Below, in pieces: positions 35,124-49,253 of a DNA stretch of 64,000 nucleotides. Both the position numbers and the translations under genes were made by a program. The stretch lies in assembly GCA_023898665.1 (NCBI GenBank), contig CP060233.1:210801-274800 (forward strand), read 5' to 3'. Each line of letters begins with the position of its first letter. Positions within the stretch are counted from its first letter, which is position 1. The notes below the pieces were generated by a model, which had not been told where the DNA came from, did no database searches, and worked only from the letters and a program-made list of their open reading frames with translations. The DNA is from Candidatus Nomurabacteria bacterium. Its GTDB lineage: Bacteria > Patescibacteriota > Saccharimonadia > Saccharimonadales > HK-STAS-PATE-42.

Positions 35124-37679
35124 ATGGATGGTGATAAAGATTTAACTAATATAGAAGAGCACGAGCAGGTTCAGCAGGGGATTCCTTTACTTGCTGATGC
35201 TCAAGATGTAGCTCCTGGTAATATACTTGGTGCGAGTGTTGAGAAAGAAATGGAAAACCGTTTCTTGCAATACTCAATGAGTGTTATTGTGTCTCGTGCC
35301 TTACCGGATGTAAGAGATGGACTCAAGCCTGTACATCGTAGAATTCTTTTCACAATGAATGATAAAGGTATTCGTTCATCCGGAAAGACTAAAAAGAGTG
35401 CTGAGATTGTTGGTGAAGTTATGGGTAAGTATCACCCTCACGGTGACGGAGCTATATATGATGCTATGGTCCGTTTAGCTCAGACTTGGTCGCTAAGGTA
35501 TCCATTAGTAATTCCTCAGGGTAACTTCGGATCTATGGATGGAGACGAAGCAGCGGCTTCTAGGTATACAGAGGCTAAAATGCACCAGCATGCTGAATTG
35601 ATGCTTGAAGATCTGGAAAAAGATACAGTTGATTTCACTGATAACTACTCTGGAGAATACCAAGAACCGACAGTACTACCTGCTAAACTTCCGAATTTAC
35701 TAATCAATGGACAGATGGGGATTGCAGTAGGTATGGCCACTAATATTCCTCCGCATAACCTGTCAGAAGTTGTAGATGCCACAACGATGATGATTGATAA
35801 TCCTGACTCTACTGTTGAAGATTTGGGTACTGTTATTCATGGTCCTGACTTCCCGACTGGTGGTGTTATTTATGGTAAAAAGTCTGTTCAGCAGGCTTTT
35901 GCAACTGGTCGTGGTGGCGTTATTTGTAGGGGTATTGCAGAAGTTACTCAGGGGAAGACTGGTCGATCTCAAATAATAATAAGCGAAATTCCTTATGCTG
36001 TTAATAAAGCTACTTTGATCCAGAAGATTGCAGATTTAGTCAACGAAAAGAAAATTGTAGGTATTGCTGATGTAAGAGACCATACTTCAAGGGGTGAAGT
36101 TAAGATAGTCATTGATCTTAAAAAGGACGCTTATCCGAAGAAGATTTTGAATCAGCTATATAAGTTAACACCTTTGCAAACTACTTTCCATTACAATACT
36201 TTAGCACTTATCGATGGAATCCAGCCGAAAGTTTTAAGCTTGCCAGAGGTACTAACAGAGCATATTAAGCATAGACAAATTGTAGTTAGAAGAAGGACCG
36301 AATTTGAGCTTAGAAAAGCCAAGGCACGGGCTCATATTTTAGAAGGTCTGATGATTGCTCTTGATCATATTGATGAAGTAATTAAAGTAATCCGAGCTAG
36401 CAAGACTACTGAAGAGGCTCGAGATAGCTTGATGTCTAAGTTTAAGCTTAGTGAGATTCAGGCTGGAGCAATTTTAGAAATGCAATTAAGGCGCCTTACT
36501 GGATTAGAGCGAGCTAAGATTGAGGAAGAACTTGCTGAGTTAAATAAGTTGATTGCTAAGCTAGAAAAGATACTTGCAGATGAAAAAGAAATTCTAAAGA
36601 TTATTAAAGATGAACTAGCTCAGATTAAAGAGAAGTATGGAGATGAGCGTAAAACTAAGTTTATCCCACAAGAGCTTGATGGCTTTAGCGAAGAAGATCT
36701 AATTCCTAACGAAGAGGTCGCTATAACCATTACTGGCCAGGATTATATTAAACGAGCTTTGCTTGCTGATTACAGAAAGCAAAACAGGGGCGGTAAAGGT
36801 AAGCGTGGTATGGGAGTCAAGGACGCCGATGTAGTTAAGCAGCTAGTAGTGGGGGGAACTCATGATAATTTATTATTCTTTACGAGTAAGGGAAGGGTTC
36901 TGCAGACTAAAGCATACGAAGTGCCGAGTGTTGGCCCAAATGCCAAAGGGACTCCTATTGTTAATTTGCTGAACTTACAACCAGAAGAGAGTGTAACGGC
37001 TGTATTAAACATGAGTTCTGTTGAGCACGCTAAATATCTCTTCATGGCTACTATCAATGGAGTGATTAAGAGGAGTAAGTTAGAGGACTATAAGAATATT
37101 AGGAATAATGGGATTATCGCTATTAAATTAGATGATGGGGATGCACTTAATTGGGTAGCTCTAACAGATGGAGATAGAGAAGTTATACTTTCGACGGCTG
37201 ATGGTCAGGCCTTAAGGTTCAGTGAGAATGAGGTACGTCCAATGGGTCGCTCTGCTAGGGGTGTTAAGGGTATGAGACTACGTCCTGGAGACTCAATTGT
37301 AGGGATGGATATTGTTGTGGAGAGCTCAACAATTGTAGTGATATCTGCAAACGGTTATGGAAAGAAAACTAAAGTAGACCAGTTTACTGCGCATAAACGC
37401 GGTGGGGTGGGTATAAAAACAGCTATTGTGAATGATAAGACTGGGAAGATTGTTGATGTTAAGTCTGTAACTAGCTCGGCAAGTGAGCTGATGATGATTT
37501 CTGAATCTGCACAAGTAATCCGACTTTCTTTAAACGATGTACCGAGTTTAGGGAGAACTACTCAAGGGGTAAGAGTAATGCGACTTTCTGATGGAGATAA
37601 AGTAGCTGGCTTTGAAGTGGTACAGGAGTCATTAGACGGTAGTGATGAAGAAGAGAACAGCTCACTAGATCTTAAATAG
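35124..37679 (+). CDS. gyrA: DNA gyrase subunit A
   Basis: [17 protein letters not shown] (QRDR), [11 protein letters not shown] (active-site Tyr), and C-terminal beta-pinwheel repeats. Confidence 0.97.
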   Translation: MDGDKDLTNIEEHEQVQQGIPLLADAQDVAPGNILGASVEKEMENRFLQYSMSVIVSRALPDVRDGLKPVHRRILFTMNDKGIRSSGKTKKSAEIVGEVMGKYHPHGDGAIYDAMVRLAQTWSLRYPLVIPQGNFGSMDGDEAAASRYTEAKMHQHAELMLEDLEKDTVDFTDNYSGEYQEPTVLPAKLPNLLINGQMGIAVGMATNIPPHNLSEVVDATTMMIDNPDSTVEDLGTVIHGPDFPTGGVIYGKKSVQQAFATGRGGVICRGIAEVTQGKTGRSQIIISEIPYAVNKATLIQKIADLVNEKKIVGIADVRDHTSRGEVKIVIDLKKDAYPKKILNQLYKLTPLQTTFHYNTLALIDGIQPKVLSLPEVLTEHIKHRQIVVRRRTEFELRKAKARAHILEGLMIALDHIDEVIKVIRASKTTEEARDSLMSKFKLSEIQAGAILEMQLRRLTGLERAKIEEELAELNKLIAKLEKILADEKEILKIIKDELAQIKEKYGDERKTKFIPQELDGFSEEDLIPNEEVAITITGQDYIKRALLADYRKQNRGGKGKRGMGVKDADVVKQLVVGGTHDNLLFFTSKGRVLQTKAYEVPSVGPNAKGTPIVNLLNLQPEESVTAVLNMSSVEHAKYLFMATINGVIKRSKLEDYKNIRNNGIIAIKLDDGDALNWVALTDGDREVILSTADGQALRFSENEVRPMGRSARGVKGMRLRPGDSIVGMDIVVESSTIVVISANGYGKKTKVDQFTAHKRGGVGIKTAIVNDKTGKIVDVKSVTSSASELMMISESAQVIRLSLNDVPSLGRTTQGVRVMRLSDGDKVAGFEVVQESLDGSDEEENSSLDLK

Positions 37680-37878
37680 AGTGTGTATCTTACAACGTAA
37701 TTGTAAGTAGATGGGGGTTGATAAGCGATAGATGAGTAGAGTATACTAAGTAATTACTGTAGCTCATTTTACCTCTTATTTTTTGCGAGTAAATTGAAGT
37801 GAGCTGTAAGAAGTGCCCTCGAGATTTTAAAGAGAATGACCTTATACGGTCGTCTTTTACTCTAGCGGTAAGAAGTTT

Positions 37879-37900
37879 AAAAATTTGGTAGTGCAGCGTC
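37879..37900. repeat. 5' half of the 16S processing stem
   Basis: AAAAATTTGGTAGTGCAGCGTC is the exact reverse complement of 39582-39603. Confidence 0.8.
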
Positions 37901-37976
37901 AACGTTAAAATTTCTATTTTAATGTTTTGAGTTTGAATAAATATATATACAGATTGATTCAGAATCTAAATTCTTT

Positions 37977-39450
<1,474 letters not shown>

Positions 39451-39581
39451 AGGGAGAATACTATGTTTGTCCTCACAGACAAACTAGGTCGGAAACTCTT
39501 GATCGATTTAGGTTTTTTGATCAGTTACCTAAAACAGATAATATGAGTTACCAAAGATTGATCAAATTTTACAAAGAATTC

Positions 39582-39603
39582 GACGCTGCACTACCAAATT
39601 TTT
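39582..39603. repeat. 3' half of the 16S processing stem
   Basis: GACGCTGCACTACCAAATTTTT is the exact reverse complement of 37879-37900. Confidence 0.8.
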
Positions 39604-39648
39604 AAACGATAACTAGATGATTATACTTTTATAGCCTTCTCTCCAAGG

Positions 39649-40220
39649 TTATTTTTGTTGTTCTAATTTAAGAAGTGCAAGGTACTCTGTGTTTTTTCCA
39701 GACCTTCCTGTAATCGGGGACTTAGTGATAGATAATAGCTCAAAATTGTTTTCATCAAAGACTACTCTCATCCTATCAAGAATTTTCTTTAGATCTTCTT
39801 CATTTACCTTTCCCCTGTATAGTTCTTCTCTCTTAGCTTCGTAATGGGGTTTAATAAGTGTAATTGCTAATCCATTTTTTTTAGATTTGACTTAATTGCT
39901 GGGAGAATTTTTTCTTGTTTAGTCCAGGCTACGTCGGATACTATTAGATCTACTTCCTCAGGGAGAGTCACATGCATAGCATTGGTTTTTTCTAAGACTA
40001 CTATTTTTTGGTTATTTCTAAGATTCCATTCCAAGCAGTTCTTAGAGGTATCTATTGAGTAGATCTTCTCAGCTCCGTTCTGGAGGAGGCAATCCGTGAA
40101 CCCTCCGAGATTGCACCCAAAGTCTGCACAGATTAGACCCTCTACTTCAATCTCAAATTCATCTAAAGCATGCTGTAATTTTTTTCCTGCTCTAGAGACG
40201 AACTCTTTTTGAATATTCAT
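39649..40220 (-). pseudogene. tlyA: TlyA-like (FtsJ fold) rRNA 2'-O-methyltransferase lacking the S4 domain, frameshifted at an A8 run
   Basis: N-terminal part VSRAGKKLQHAL...CADFGCNLGGFTDCLLQNGAEKIYSIDT. After 39875-39882 the reading continues in another frame as NGLAITLIKPHYEAKREE...SPITGRSGKNTEYLALL. Confidence 0.75.
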
Positions 40221-40221
40221 C

Positions 40222-40473
40222 TTATCCCCCGAAGCTGTTTTGGAAGGGCTTTACGAGTAGGCTTACAAAAGCTTCGCCTAGACCGAAGGCAATTAGTAGA
40301 CCTATTATGGCGGCGAGAATGCTGGTAAGTTTAAAGAAGGTGTACATGCTGCCAAACCAGTTCTCGATTTTTGCGCTTCGACTGAACATGTTTGTGTAAC
40401 GGTAATTATATTGAAGTGTAATTACTCCGTAGACTGTTATGACAAGGCCAAGCAGGAAGGATTTAATACTCAT
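40222..40473 (-). CDS. small membrane protein
   Basis: 83 aa with two TM helices; ends 1 nt before the methyltransferase start. Confidence 0.5.
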   Translation of the reverse strand: MSIKSFLLGLVITVYGVITLQYNYRYTNMFSRSAKIENWFGSMYTFFKLTSILAAIIGLLIAFGLGEAFVSLLVKPFQNSFGG

Positions 40474-40549
40474 ATTTTATCTTTCTTAAGTTTAACATTA
40501 AGAGCAGGGTTATTCCAGTAAGATACGCTAGTAACTGAGGTATTCTATG

Positions 40550-40558
40550 TGTTAAAAT
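40550..40558 (+). promoter_or_regulatory. extended -10 promoter TGtTAAAAT for the tRNA-Ala/tRNA-Ile/23S/5S unit
   Basis: TGTTAAAAT ends 12 nt upstream of the tRNA-Ala 5' end. Confidence 0.45.
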
Positions 40559-40570
40559 ATGTATATTGAT

Positions 40571-40647
40571 GGGGGCATAGCTCAGTTGGCTAGAGCACTG
40601 CCTTTGCAAGGCAGGGGTCCAGGGTTCGAGTCCCTGTGCCTCCACCA
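40571..40647 (+). tRNA. tRNA-Ala(TGC)
   Basis: Cloverleaf with the G3:U70 identity pair, anticodon arm CTGCC-TTTGCAA-GGCAG, encoded CCA. Confidence 0.95.
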
Positions 40648-40707
40648 TCTTACACATGAAGTTTCGGATGGTTGGCCAAATTGTTTAGTTTGGTTTTTTT
40701 AACAAAT

Positions 40708-40784
40708 GGGGTTATAGCTCAGCTGGTTAGAGTGCGTCACTGATAATGACGAGGTCCCAGGTTCAAGTCCTGGTAACCCCACCA
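40708..40784 (+). tRNA. tRNA-Ile(GAT)
   Basis: Cloverleaf with anticodon arm CGTCA-CTGATAA-TGACG, T-arm CCAGG-TTCAAGT-CCTGG, encoded CCA. Confidence 0.95.
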
Positions 40785-41103
40785 TCCTACGCTAAACTTC
40801 AGATGGCAAGCAACAGTAAACTTTTAGTTTATGCTGTTAGATTGACAACTAATTTTTGGTATATTTACAGCGATAGCAGCCAAGTGGTAAACTTAACATT
40901 AGTATAAGTTTTAGAAGAAGTTTCTAGAGAGCTCAGCTCAGAATTACTAGATCTTAAATGGGTAATTTTGATTTGAGCTTTTGCAGCCAATAGGGAGTAG
41001 GTTTTTGGTCCACCGATTATAGCGATAAGTAGCTTTAGCGACGGTCCAACTGCCTCAAGATCTCTAGCCAAGGTAGCTTAAGTTCAATGCAAATTAACAA
41101 TTT

Positions 41104-41205
41104 GGTGATGATTCTATTAAACAGGCTGACAGGTGTTTTTTAAAGTAAAATTTAAACGATATCAATGCACTGCCTGTTTTAAAATTTAGAAGTTACTTTG
41201 AACTA
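41104..41205. repeat. 5' strand of the extended 23S processing helix
   Basis: Imperfectly complementary to 44274-44373, for example ATATCAATGCACTGCCTG against CAGGCAGTGTAGTGATATT. Confidence 0.7.
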
Positions 41206-41208
41206 GCA

Positions 41209-44216
<3,008 letters not shown>

Positions 44217-44273
44217 GAACCATGCAGACCAGATCATTTTTGGATTTATTCATCGTGATTTGATCTGCTGGAA

Positions 44274-44373
44274 ATTTAAAGTTAACTTCTTAAGTTTTAG
44301 CAGGCAGTGTAGTGATATTGTAGCTACTTTATTAGTACATCTAATCAGTTTTGTTTAATAGAATTCATCATCA
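44274..44373. repeat. 3' strand of the extended 23S processing helix
   Basis: Complementary to 41104-41205. Confidence 0.7.
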
Positions 44374-44458
44374 ATAATTTAATTTAATTAACAAAAACTA
44401 AAAAGACCATGGTCATTAGTCAGAATTCTTCAATTTTATTTAAAAAATTGTAGAGTTG

Positions 44459-44570
44459 TGATCGGTGCCCATGGCGCTGGGGAAACGCCTGATACCATTC
44501 CGAACTCAGAAGCTAAGCCCAGTAGCGGCGATGATACTCCTTCGGGGGAAAGTAGCACGGTGCCGAATTA
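44459..44570 (+). rRNA. rrf: 5S ribosomal RNA
   Basis: CCATTCCGAACTCAGAAGCTAAGC block. Helix I pairs TCGGTGCC with GGTGCCGA. Confidence 0.9.
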
Positions 44571-44571
44571 T

Positions 44572-44609
44572 AAAAAAGGAGTCCTAACGGGCTCCTTTTT
44601 TCTTTTTTT
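44572..44609 (+). terminator. rRNA operon terminator
   Basis: GGAGTCC-TAAC-GGGCTCC followed by TTTTTTCTTTTTTT. Confidence 0.8.
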
Positions 44610-44641
44610 AAGTTTATTAAAAACTATATGTACTAAAAGGG

Positions 44642-44670
44642 TTGACATTATTGCTTATGTTTGATAGAAT
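44642..44670 (+). promoter_or_regulatory. sigma-70 type promoter, TTGACA-17 nt-TAGAAT
   Basis: TTGACA at 44642-44647 and TAGAAT at 44665-44670. Confidence 0.55.
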
Positions 44671-44676
44671 GTAATG

Positions 44677-44810
44677 TAGATACAAAAACTCAGTTAGTTT
44701 TAAGTTATCTTAAAGTTTATCTGAATTAAGTTTTTGTTATCTAGAGTGTTAAAACTCTTTTGAGGGTAGTCTAAAATGAATTTATTCATTGCGGGCTGCC
44801 CTCTTTTTTG
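44677..44810 (+). ncRNA. candidate structured leader or small RNA ending in a strong terminator
   Basis: Long imperfect hairpin (AGATACAAAAACTCAG...CTGAATTAAGTTTTTGTTATCT), a second hairpin AGAGT-GTTAAA-ACTCT, then the terminator GAGGGTAGTC...GGGCTGCCCTC and T6. Confidence 0.35.
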
Positions 44811-44862
44811 TTTTAGACTCTAGGATAAAAAGTTAATAAAGTGAGAGATTTAATTTAATATT

Positions 44863-45066
44863 ATGGCAGGAACAAAAGCAGGTGCTGCAAGAGCAAAAAA
44901 AACAAACTTAGAGCGATACGGTAAGAATTTTTACGCTGAGATCGGTGCTAACGGCGGTAAGGTAAAGGGTGTTAAAAAAGGTTTTGCTGCTAACCCAGCT
45001 CTAGCTGCTAAAGCTGGAAAAGCTGGCGGAGCAGTCTCAAGACGTGGAAAAAAGAAAGTAGCTTAA
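44863..45066 (+). CDS. KGG-repeat general stress protein (YciG-like)
   Basis: Repeated GGKVKG / KAGKAGGAVSRRGKK motifs typical of the stress-induced KGG repeat family. Confidence 0.6.
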   Translation: MAGTKAGAARAKKTNLERYGKNFYAEIGANGGKVKGVKKGFAANPALAAKAGKAGGAVSRRGKKKVA

Positions 45067-45084
45067 ATTAGCTATAAAATAATA

Positions 45085-45495
45085 ATGGGCTCATCAAAAA
45101 AAGCTAAAAAAGCTCTTCAAAAACTTACTCCTAAGGGTGATTTCCTTGGTATTTCAGATGAATTCCCTCAATTATGTAAGGGAGATAAACCATGCAGGAA
45201 TATAGTGGGTATAGGTGCTGGAATAGTACTTGCTCATGAGAAAGCTGCTAGAGGAGTGATCAGTGGTCCAGGGTATGCTGAGGCGAATGCTTTAGCGGAG
45301 CTAAGCGTACTAGCCAGTTTGGCTCAATGGAGTGGTTGTCCAGGTCCAGGTACAGATCATTCATGTCCCACGGCTGAGTATATGGGTCAAGCCGTAAGTA
45401 TAGCTAACTTTGGGTCAGAGATGGCTTTAGAAAAAGGAAGTTTCAAACGTGGACAAGAAGATGCTGGACAATCTTCACCTGGAACATATTTGTAG
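45085..45495 (+). CDS. hypothetical Cys-containing protein
   Basis: 136-aa ORF with a basic N-terminus; no family recognised. Confidence 0.45.
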   Translation: MGSSKKAKKALQKLTPKGDFLGISDEFPQLCKGDKPCRNIVGIGAGIVLAHEKAARGVISGPGYAEANALAELSVLASLAQWSGCPGPGTDHSCPTAEYMGQAVSIANFGSEMALEKGSFKRGQEDAGQSSPGTYL

Positions 45496-45500
45496 ATTCT

Positions 45501-45968
45501 TTAATGTCGGTAGGTTCTGGTAAAACGGGATTTGCCGACGTTCCATTTGTGTGAACAGTTCGGGCAAACATATGCATTAACAGCGGTCTGGAGACCGTTT
45601 TTTCGACATTTGGGACATTCTGAGCGTGAGCTAGCCCAATTGATGTAACTAGATAGTGCTTCTTCTTGTTCGCTTTGGTTAAACTTTATTTTGTATTTTT
45701 TGCAGAGTTCTTTGGTTAAGTGCCAAGCGGAAGATTCTATTTTGAGTAGTTCGGCATCGGATTGGTAGTCAAAATGGTTTAGCTCTGCATGAGCTACTTC
45801 GTGTAAAAGCTTATTGGCAAGTTTATTCTCGCTCAGTTCTGAGTTATTCTTTGACTCAGTATAAGTTATTTTTTTAGAGTCTGAGTTCCAAGAGAAGTGA
45901 TCTCCTGCTTCAAAAGTTGTCTCTGGAAAGTCTTTTTTTAGTTTTAAAAGAAGATTGTTAAAGCTCAT
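45501..45968 (-). CDS. putative zinc metallopeptidase-like protein (HExxH) with C-terminal zinc ribbon
   Basis: HEVAHAELNH motif, plus CPKC...CPNC. Confidence 0.5.
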   Translation of the reverse strand: MSFNNLLLKLKKDFPETTFEAGDHFSWNSDSKKITYTESKNNSELSENKLANKLLHEVAHAELNHFDYQSDAELLKIESSAWHLTKELCKKYKIKFNQSEQEEALSSYINWASSRSECPKCRKNGLQTAVNAYVCPNCSHKWNVGKSRFTRTYRH

Positions 45969-45979
45969 ATATTTTTATA

Positions 45980-46810
45980 TTAAGCTAGTTCAACTAGAGT
46001 TATAAAGTTGGAGATTTGTTTTGTTGTTAAACTAAGTTTTTTACAGAAGTTTTTTAAGTCATTATATTGTTTGGGGTCGTGCTCTAATAAAACCCAATTG
46101 TTTTTAGTAATTATCTCTTGATTAGTTAATTGGTTTAAAAAGTTTTTTATAATTTGTAGTCCATTATCGCCAGCAAAAAGAGCAGAGTGGGGCTCATGTT
46201 TTAGTCTTTTATTTTTAATATCTGGCCAATTCTTATTTACATATGGTAAGTTAGCTAAAAAAAATGATTCTTTTAAATCTTTTTGATCAATATTTTTGAT
46301 CAGGTTGGTTTTTTTGTACTTTACAGTGGTAGTATTGTTAATTCGAGCATTTAGTTTTGTTAAGTTTAGCGTTTTATTACTAATGTCTGTAAGAGTTACT
46401 TTAAGATCGGGACGAGCTTTTGCAAGGCTTAGACCAATTGCTCCAGTTCCTGTGCCAATATCAAAAACTTTTGAGTTTTTAGGTATGTTTTTTATGGCGT
46501 ATTCTACTAGATCTTCAGTCTCTGCTCTTGGAGATAGTACTCGCTTGTTTACTTTGAGATTTATATTATGAAACTGGGTAGAGTGGAGAACTGTAGCAAG
46601 AGGCCTTCCAGCAAGTAATTTACCGAGTAAATTATCTAGTTTTAGTTTGTTTTTATTTGTTAAGAATATTTCACTACTTTTGCTAGTAATTTGAGTTTTA
46701 TTAAGTTTAAGAATTTTTCCAGCTATCTGTTCTGGTGCGTGAGGATTGCTTTTTAAGGTAGACGCACGTGCTTTTATGAGCCACTCTTCAAGGGTTATTT
46801 TTTTACTCAT
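45980..46810 (-). CDS. prmC: release factor glutamine N5-methyltransferase
   Basis: SAM motif FDIGTGTGAIG, NPPY-type motif ANLPYV, and an 8-nt overlap with prfA. Confidence 0.85.
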   Translation of the reverse strand: MSKKITLEEWLIKARASTLKSNPHAPEQIAGKILKLNKTQITSKSSEIFLTNKNKLKLDNLLGKLLAGRPLATVLHSTQFHNINLKVNKRVLSPRAETEDLVEYAIKNIPKNSKVFDIGTGTGAIGLSLAKARPDLKVTLTDISNKTLNLTKLNARINNTTTVKYKKTNLIKNIDQKDLKESFFLANLPYVNKNWPDIKNKRLKHEPHSALFAGDNGLQIIKNFLNQLTNQEIITKNNWVLLEHDPKQYNDLKNFCKKLSLTTKQISNFITLVELA

Positions 46811-47870
46811 TTTCGATAAGTTCTACTTCGGCTTCTTTTAGTTTTGTGAAGAGATCATCTACATCGCCGTCCATGAAACCTTGAATATTACTGCGACTAT
46901 AACCAATTCTATGGTCTGTAACTCTATCCTGAGGAAAGTTATAGGTTCTAATTTTTTCACTTCTGTCACCTGACCCAATAAGCTCTCTTCTTTTTGAGCT
47001 AAGCTCTGATTGTTCTTGGTCTAGTTTTATTTGTAAAAGGCGAGATCTAAGCACTTTCATGGCTTTATCTTTATTTTTGATTTGTGATTTTTCGTCTTGG
47101 CAAGTGACAACTAATCCAGTAGGCAAGTATGTTATTCTAACTGCAGAGTCGGTGGTGTTTACGCTCTGACCACCGTTTCCGCTACTTCTAAAAACGTCTA
47201 TTCTTAAGTCTGATTGTTTTATCTCAATGTCAGTTTCTTCAGCTTCTGGCATTATTGCGACAGTTGCCGTAGAAGTATGTATTCTTCCGGCAGACTCTGT
47301 AACTGGAATTCTTTGTACTCGGTGGACTCCGGCTTCGAATTTTAACTTTCCGTATGCATCTACTCCTTTGACTTCAATTGATGAGTCTTTAATTCCGCCG
47401 GATTCTGAAGGAGTTGAAGAAATTAGTTCAGCTTTTAAATTATTATTTTCACACCAACGTAAATACATTCTGACTAACTCTGAGGCGAATAGACTAGCTT
47501 CATCTCCGCCAGCGCCAGCCCGAACTTCGATAATAGCGTTTTTAGAATCATTTGGATCTTTTGGGACAAGCAGTAGTCTTAGTTGATTACTTAGGTTAGT
47601 AAGTTTTTCTTCTAGATCTAACTTTTCTTGTCGAGCCATTTCTGATAGTTCGCTATCTTTTGACTGAATTATTTCTTCGGCTTCTTGAATTTGTTTCTCA
47701 GTCTCTTCTATATCCGAAAAACATGTCACTATTTCTTCTAGCTCACTTAAACGACGGTTTTTTTGTGAAATTTTCGGGTCGTTAAACGCGTCGGGAGAAG
47801 AGAGTTCTGTTTTTAAGTTCTCTAATTCTTCTCGGTAAGATTTGTATTTTAATATCTGTGCTTCAGTCAT
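46803..47870 (-). CDS. prfA: peptide chain release factor 1
   Basis: SGNGGQSVNTTDSAVRITYLPTG (GGQ) and the PVT tripeptide in QRIPVTESAGRIHTS. Confidence 0.95.
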   Translation of the reverse strand: MTEAQILKYKSYREELENLKTELSSPDAFNDPKISQKNRRLSELEEIVTCFSDIEETEKQIQEAEEIIQSKDSELSEMARQEKLDLEEKLTNLSNQLRLLLVPKDPNDSKNAIIEVRAGAGGDEASLFASELVRMYLRWCENNNLKAELISSTPSESGGIKDSSIEVKGVDAYGKLKFEAGVHRVQRIPVTESAGRIHTSTATVAIMPEAEETDIEIKQSDLRIDVFRSSGNGGQSVNTTDSAVRITYLPTGLVVTCQDEKSQIKNKDKAMKVLRSRLLQIKLDQEQSELSSKRRELIGSGDRSEKIRTYNFPQDRVTDHRIGYSRSNIQGFMDGDVDDLFTKLKEAEVELIENE

Positions 47871-48074
47871 CTTGTTTGCTAATTATACCACTGTTTTGGT
47901 AGAATTATAGTTAATTACGCAAAGCTTAGGTTTGGTTTAATTTTCTCGAAATAAATCGTAAGAAGCTGAAATTTAAATATCTTTTGGGATAAAAAATAAC
48001 GGTAGATTTACTTCGACTGATCTTTAGTATCAGGACTGCTTAAGAATTTTGTATAAGTTTAGGAGAAAAGCCTT

Positions 48075-49193
48075 ATGGCAAAAACAATGGATGAACTTCT
48101 TTCTGGATCAACTTCGGTTGAACCTTTGAAGGATGGACAGATTATAACAGCAAAAGTAATTGATGTAAGAGGAAAAAGACTAAGTTTAGATCTTGGTCCT
48201 TACGGACTAGGCGTGGTACCTAGAAGAGAGCTTGGTTTTGGTAAGAGCTTTGAACTTGGTGATGAAATTGAGGCTATGGTCATGGATGCTGACGGTGATA
48301 GTGGTCAAGTTTTAATGAGCGTAAGACGAGCTCACAGAGATAAGGGATGGGCTGTAGTTGAAGAGGCTTTTAAAGATGGAACTGTTATCGAAGTTGTACC
48401 TGTAGACTGCAACAAAGGTGGTCTTCTTGTTGATCTTGATGGAGCTAAAGGCTTCTTACCAGTAAGTCAGCTTTCTGCAAGTAATTATCCTAAATTGTCT
48501 GGAAGTCAGGATAAGTCAGCAATTGCTGATAGTATTAAGTCTCTTATTGGTAAGCCTATGCAGGTTAAAGTTATTGCATTTGATCGCGATGAAAATAAGT
48601 TGATTTTCTCCGAGCGTGAGGCTAATGATAAAACTGCTAGTGCAAGTTTAGAAAACTTTAAGATTGGTGATGTTGTTAAAGCAAAAATTACTGGCATTGT
48701 TGAGTATGGTGCTTTTGTTGAAACAGATGGAGCTGAAGGAATGGTCCATATCTCTGAGCTTTCTTGGAAGAGGGTGGCATCTCCAGAAGATGTTGTAAAA
48801 GTTGGTGATGAAGTAGAGCTGAAAGTTATTTCACTTGAGAACAATCGACTAGGATTAAGCTTAAAGCAGATGAGCAAAGATCCATGGGAAGATGAAGTAA
48901 GTGGATTTAAGATTGGTGATGTTGTTAAAGCAAAAGTCACAAGAATTACTCCATTTGGTGCTTTTGTGCAGGTAACTCCATCTGTTGAGGCACTTGTACA
49001 TATTTCTGAAGTTGGAGACGGTGAAGGAAGCGAACCGGAGCAAGTCTTTAAGCTCGATTCTGAGCAAGAGTTTGAAATTATCGATATTAATAATGAAACT
49101 CGAAGAATGTTCTTAGGGCTTCCTGGGTCTTTGGCTAATAAAAAAGAAAAATCTAGCGCTTCTAAATCTAAAGAGAAGTCTGAAGAAGAGTAG
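48075..49193 (+). CDS. rpsA: 30S ribosomal protein S1 (four S1 domains)
   Basis: Repeated S1 motifs (G.V...V....FG.FV......G..HISE). Confidence 0.9.
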   Translation: MAKTMDELLSGSTSVEPLKDGQIITAKVIDVRGKRLSLDLGPYGLGVVPRRELGFGKSFELGDEIEAMVMDADGDSGQVLMSVRRAHRDKGWAVVEEAFKDGTVIEVVPVDCNKGGLLVDLDGAKGFLPVSQLSASNYPKLSGSQDKSAIADSIKSLIGKPMQVKVIAFDRDENKLIFSEREANDKTASASLENFKIGDVVKAKITGIVEYGAFVETDGAEGMVHISELSWKRVASPEDVVKVGDEVELKVISLENNRLGLSLKQMSKDPWEDEVSGFKIGDVVKAKVTRITPFGAFVQVTPSVEALVHISEVGDGEGSEPEQVFKLDSEQEFEIIDINNETRRMFLGLPGSLANKKEKSSASKSKEKSEEE

Positions 49194-49253
49194 ATCAAGA
49201 GGAAGAGTCTATAGAAGCAGAGGTTAAGTTTAAACAGTAAGAGGTCAGCAAAT

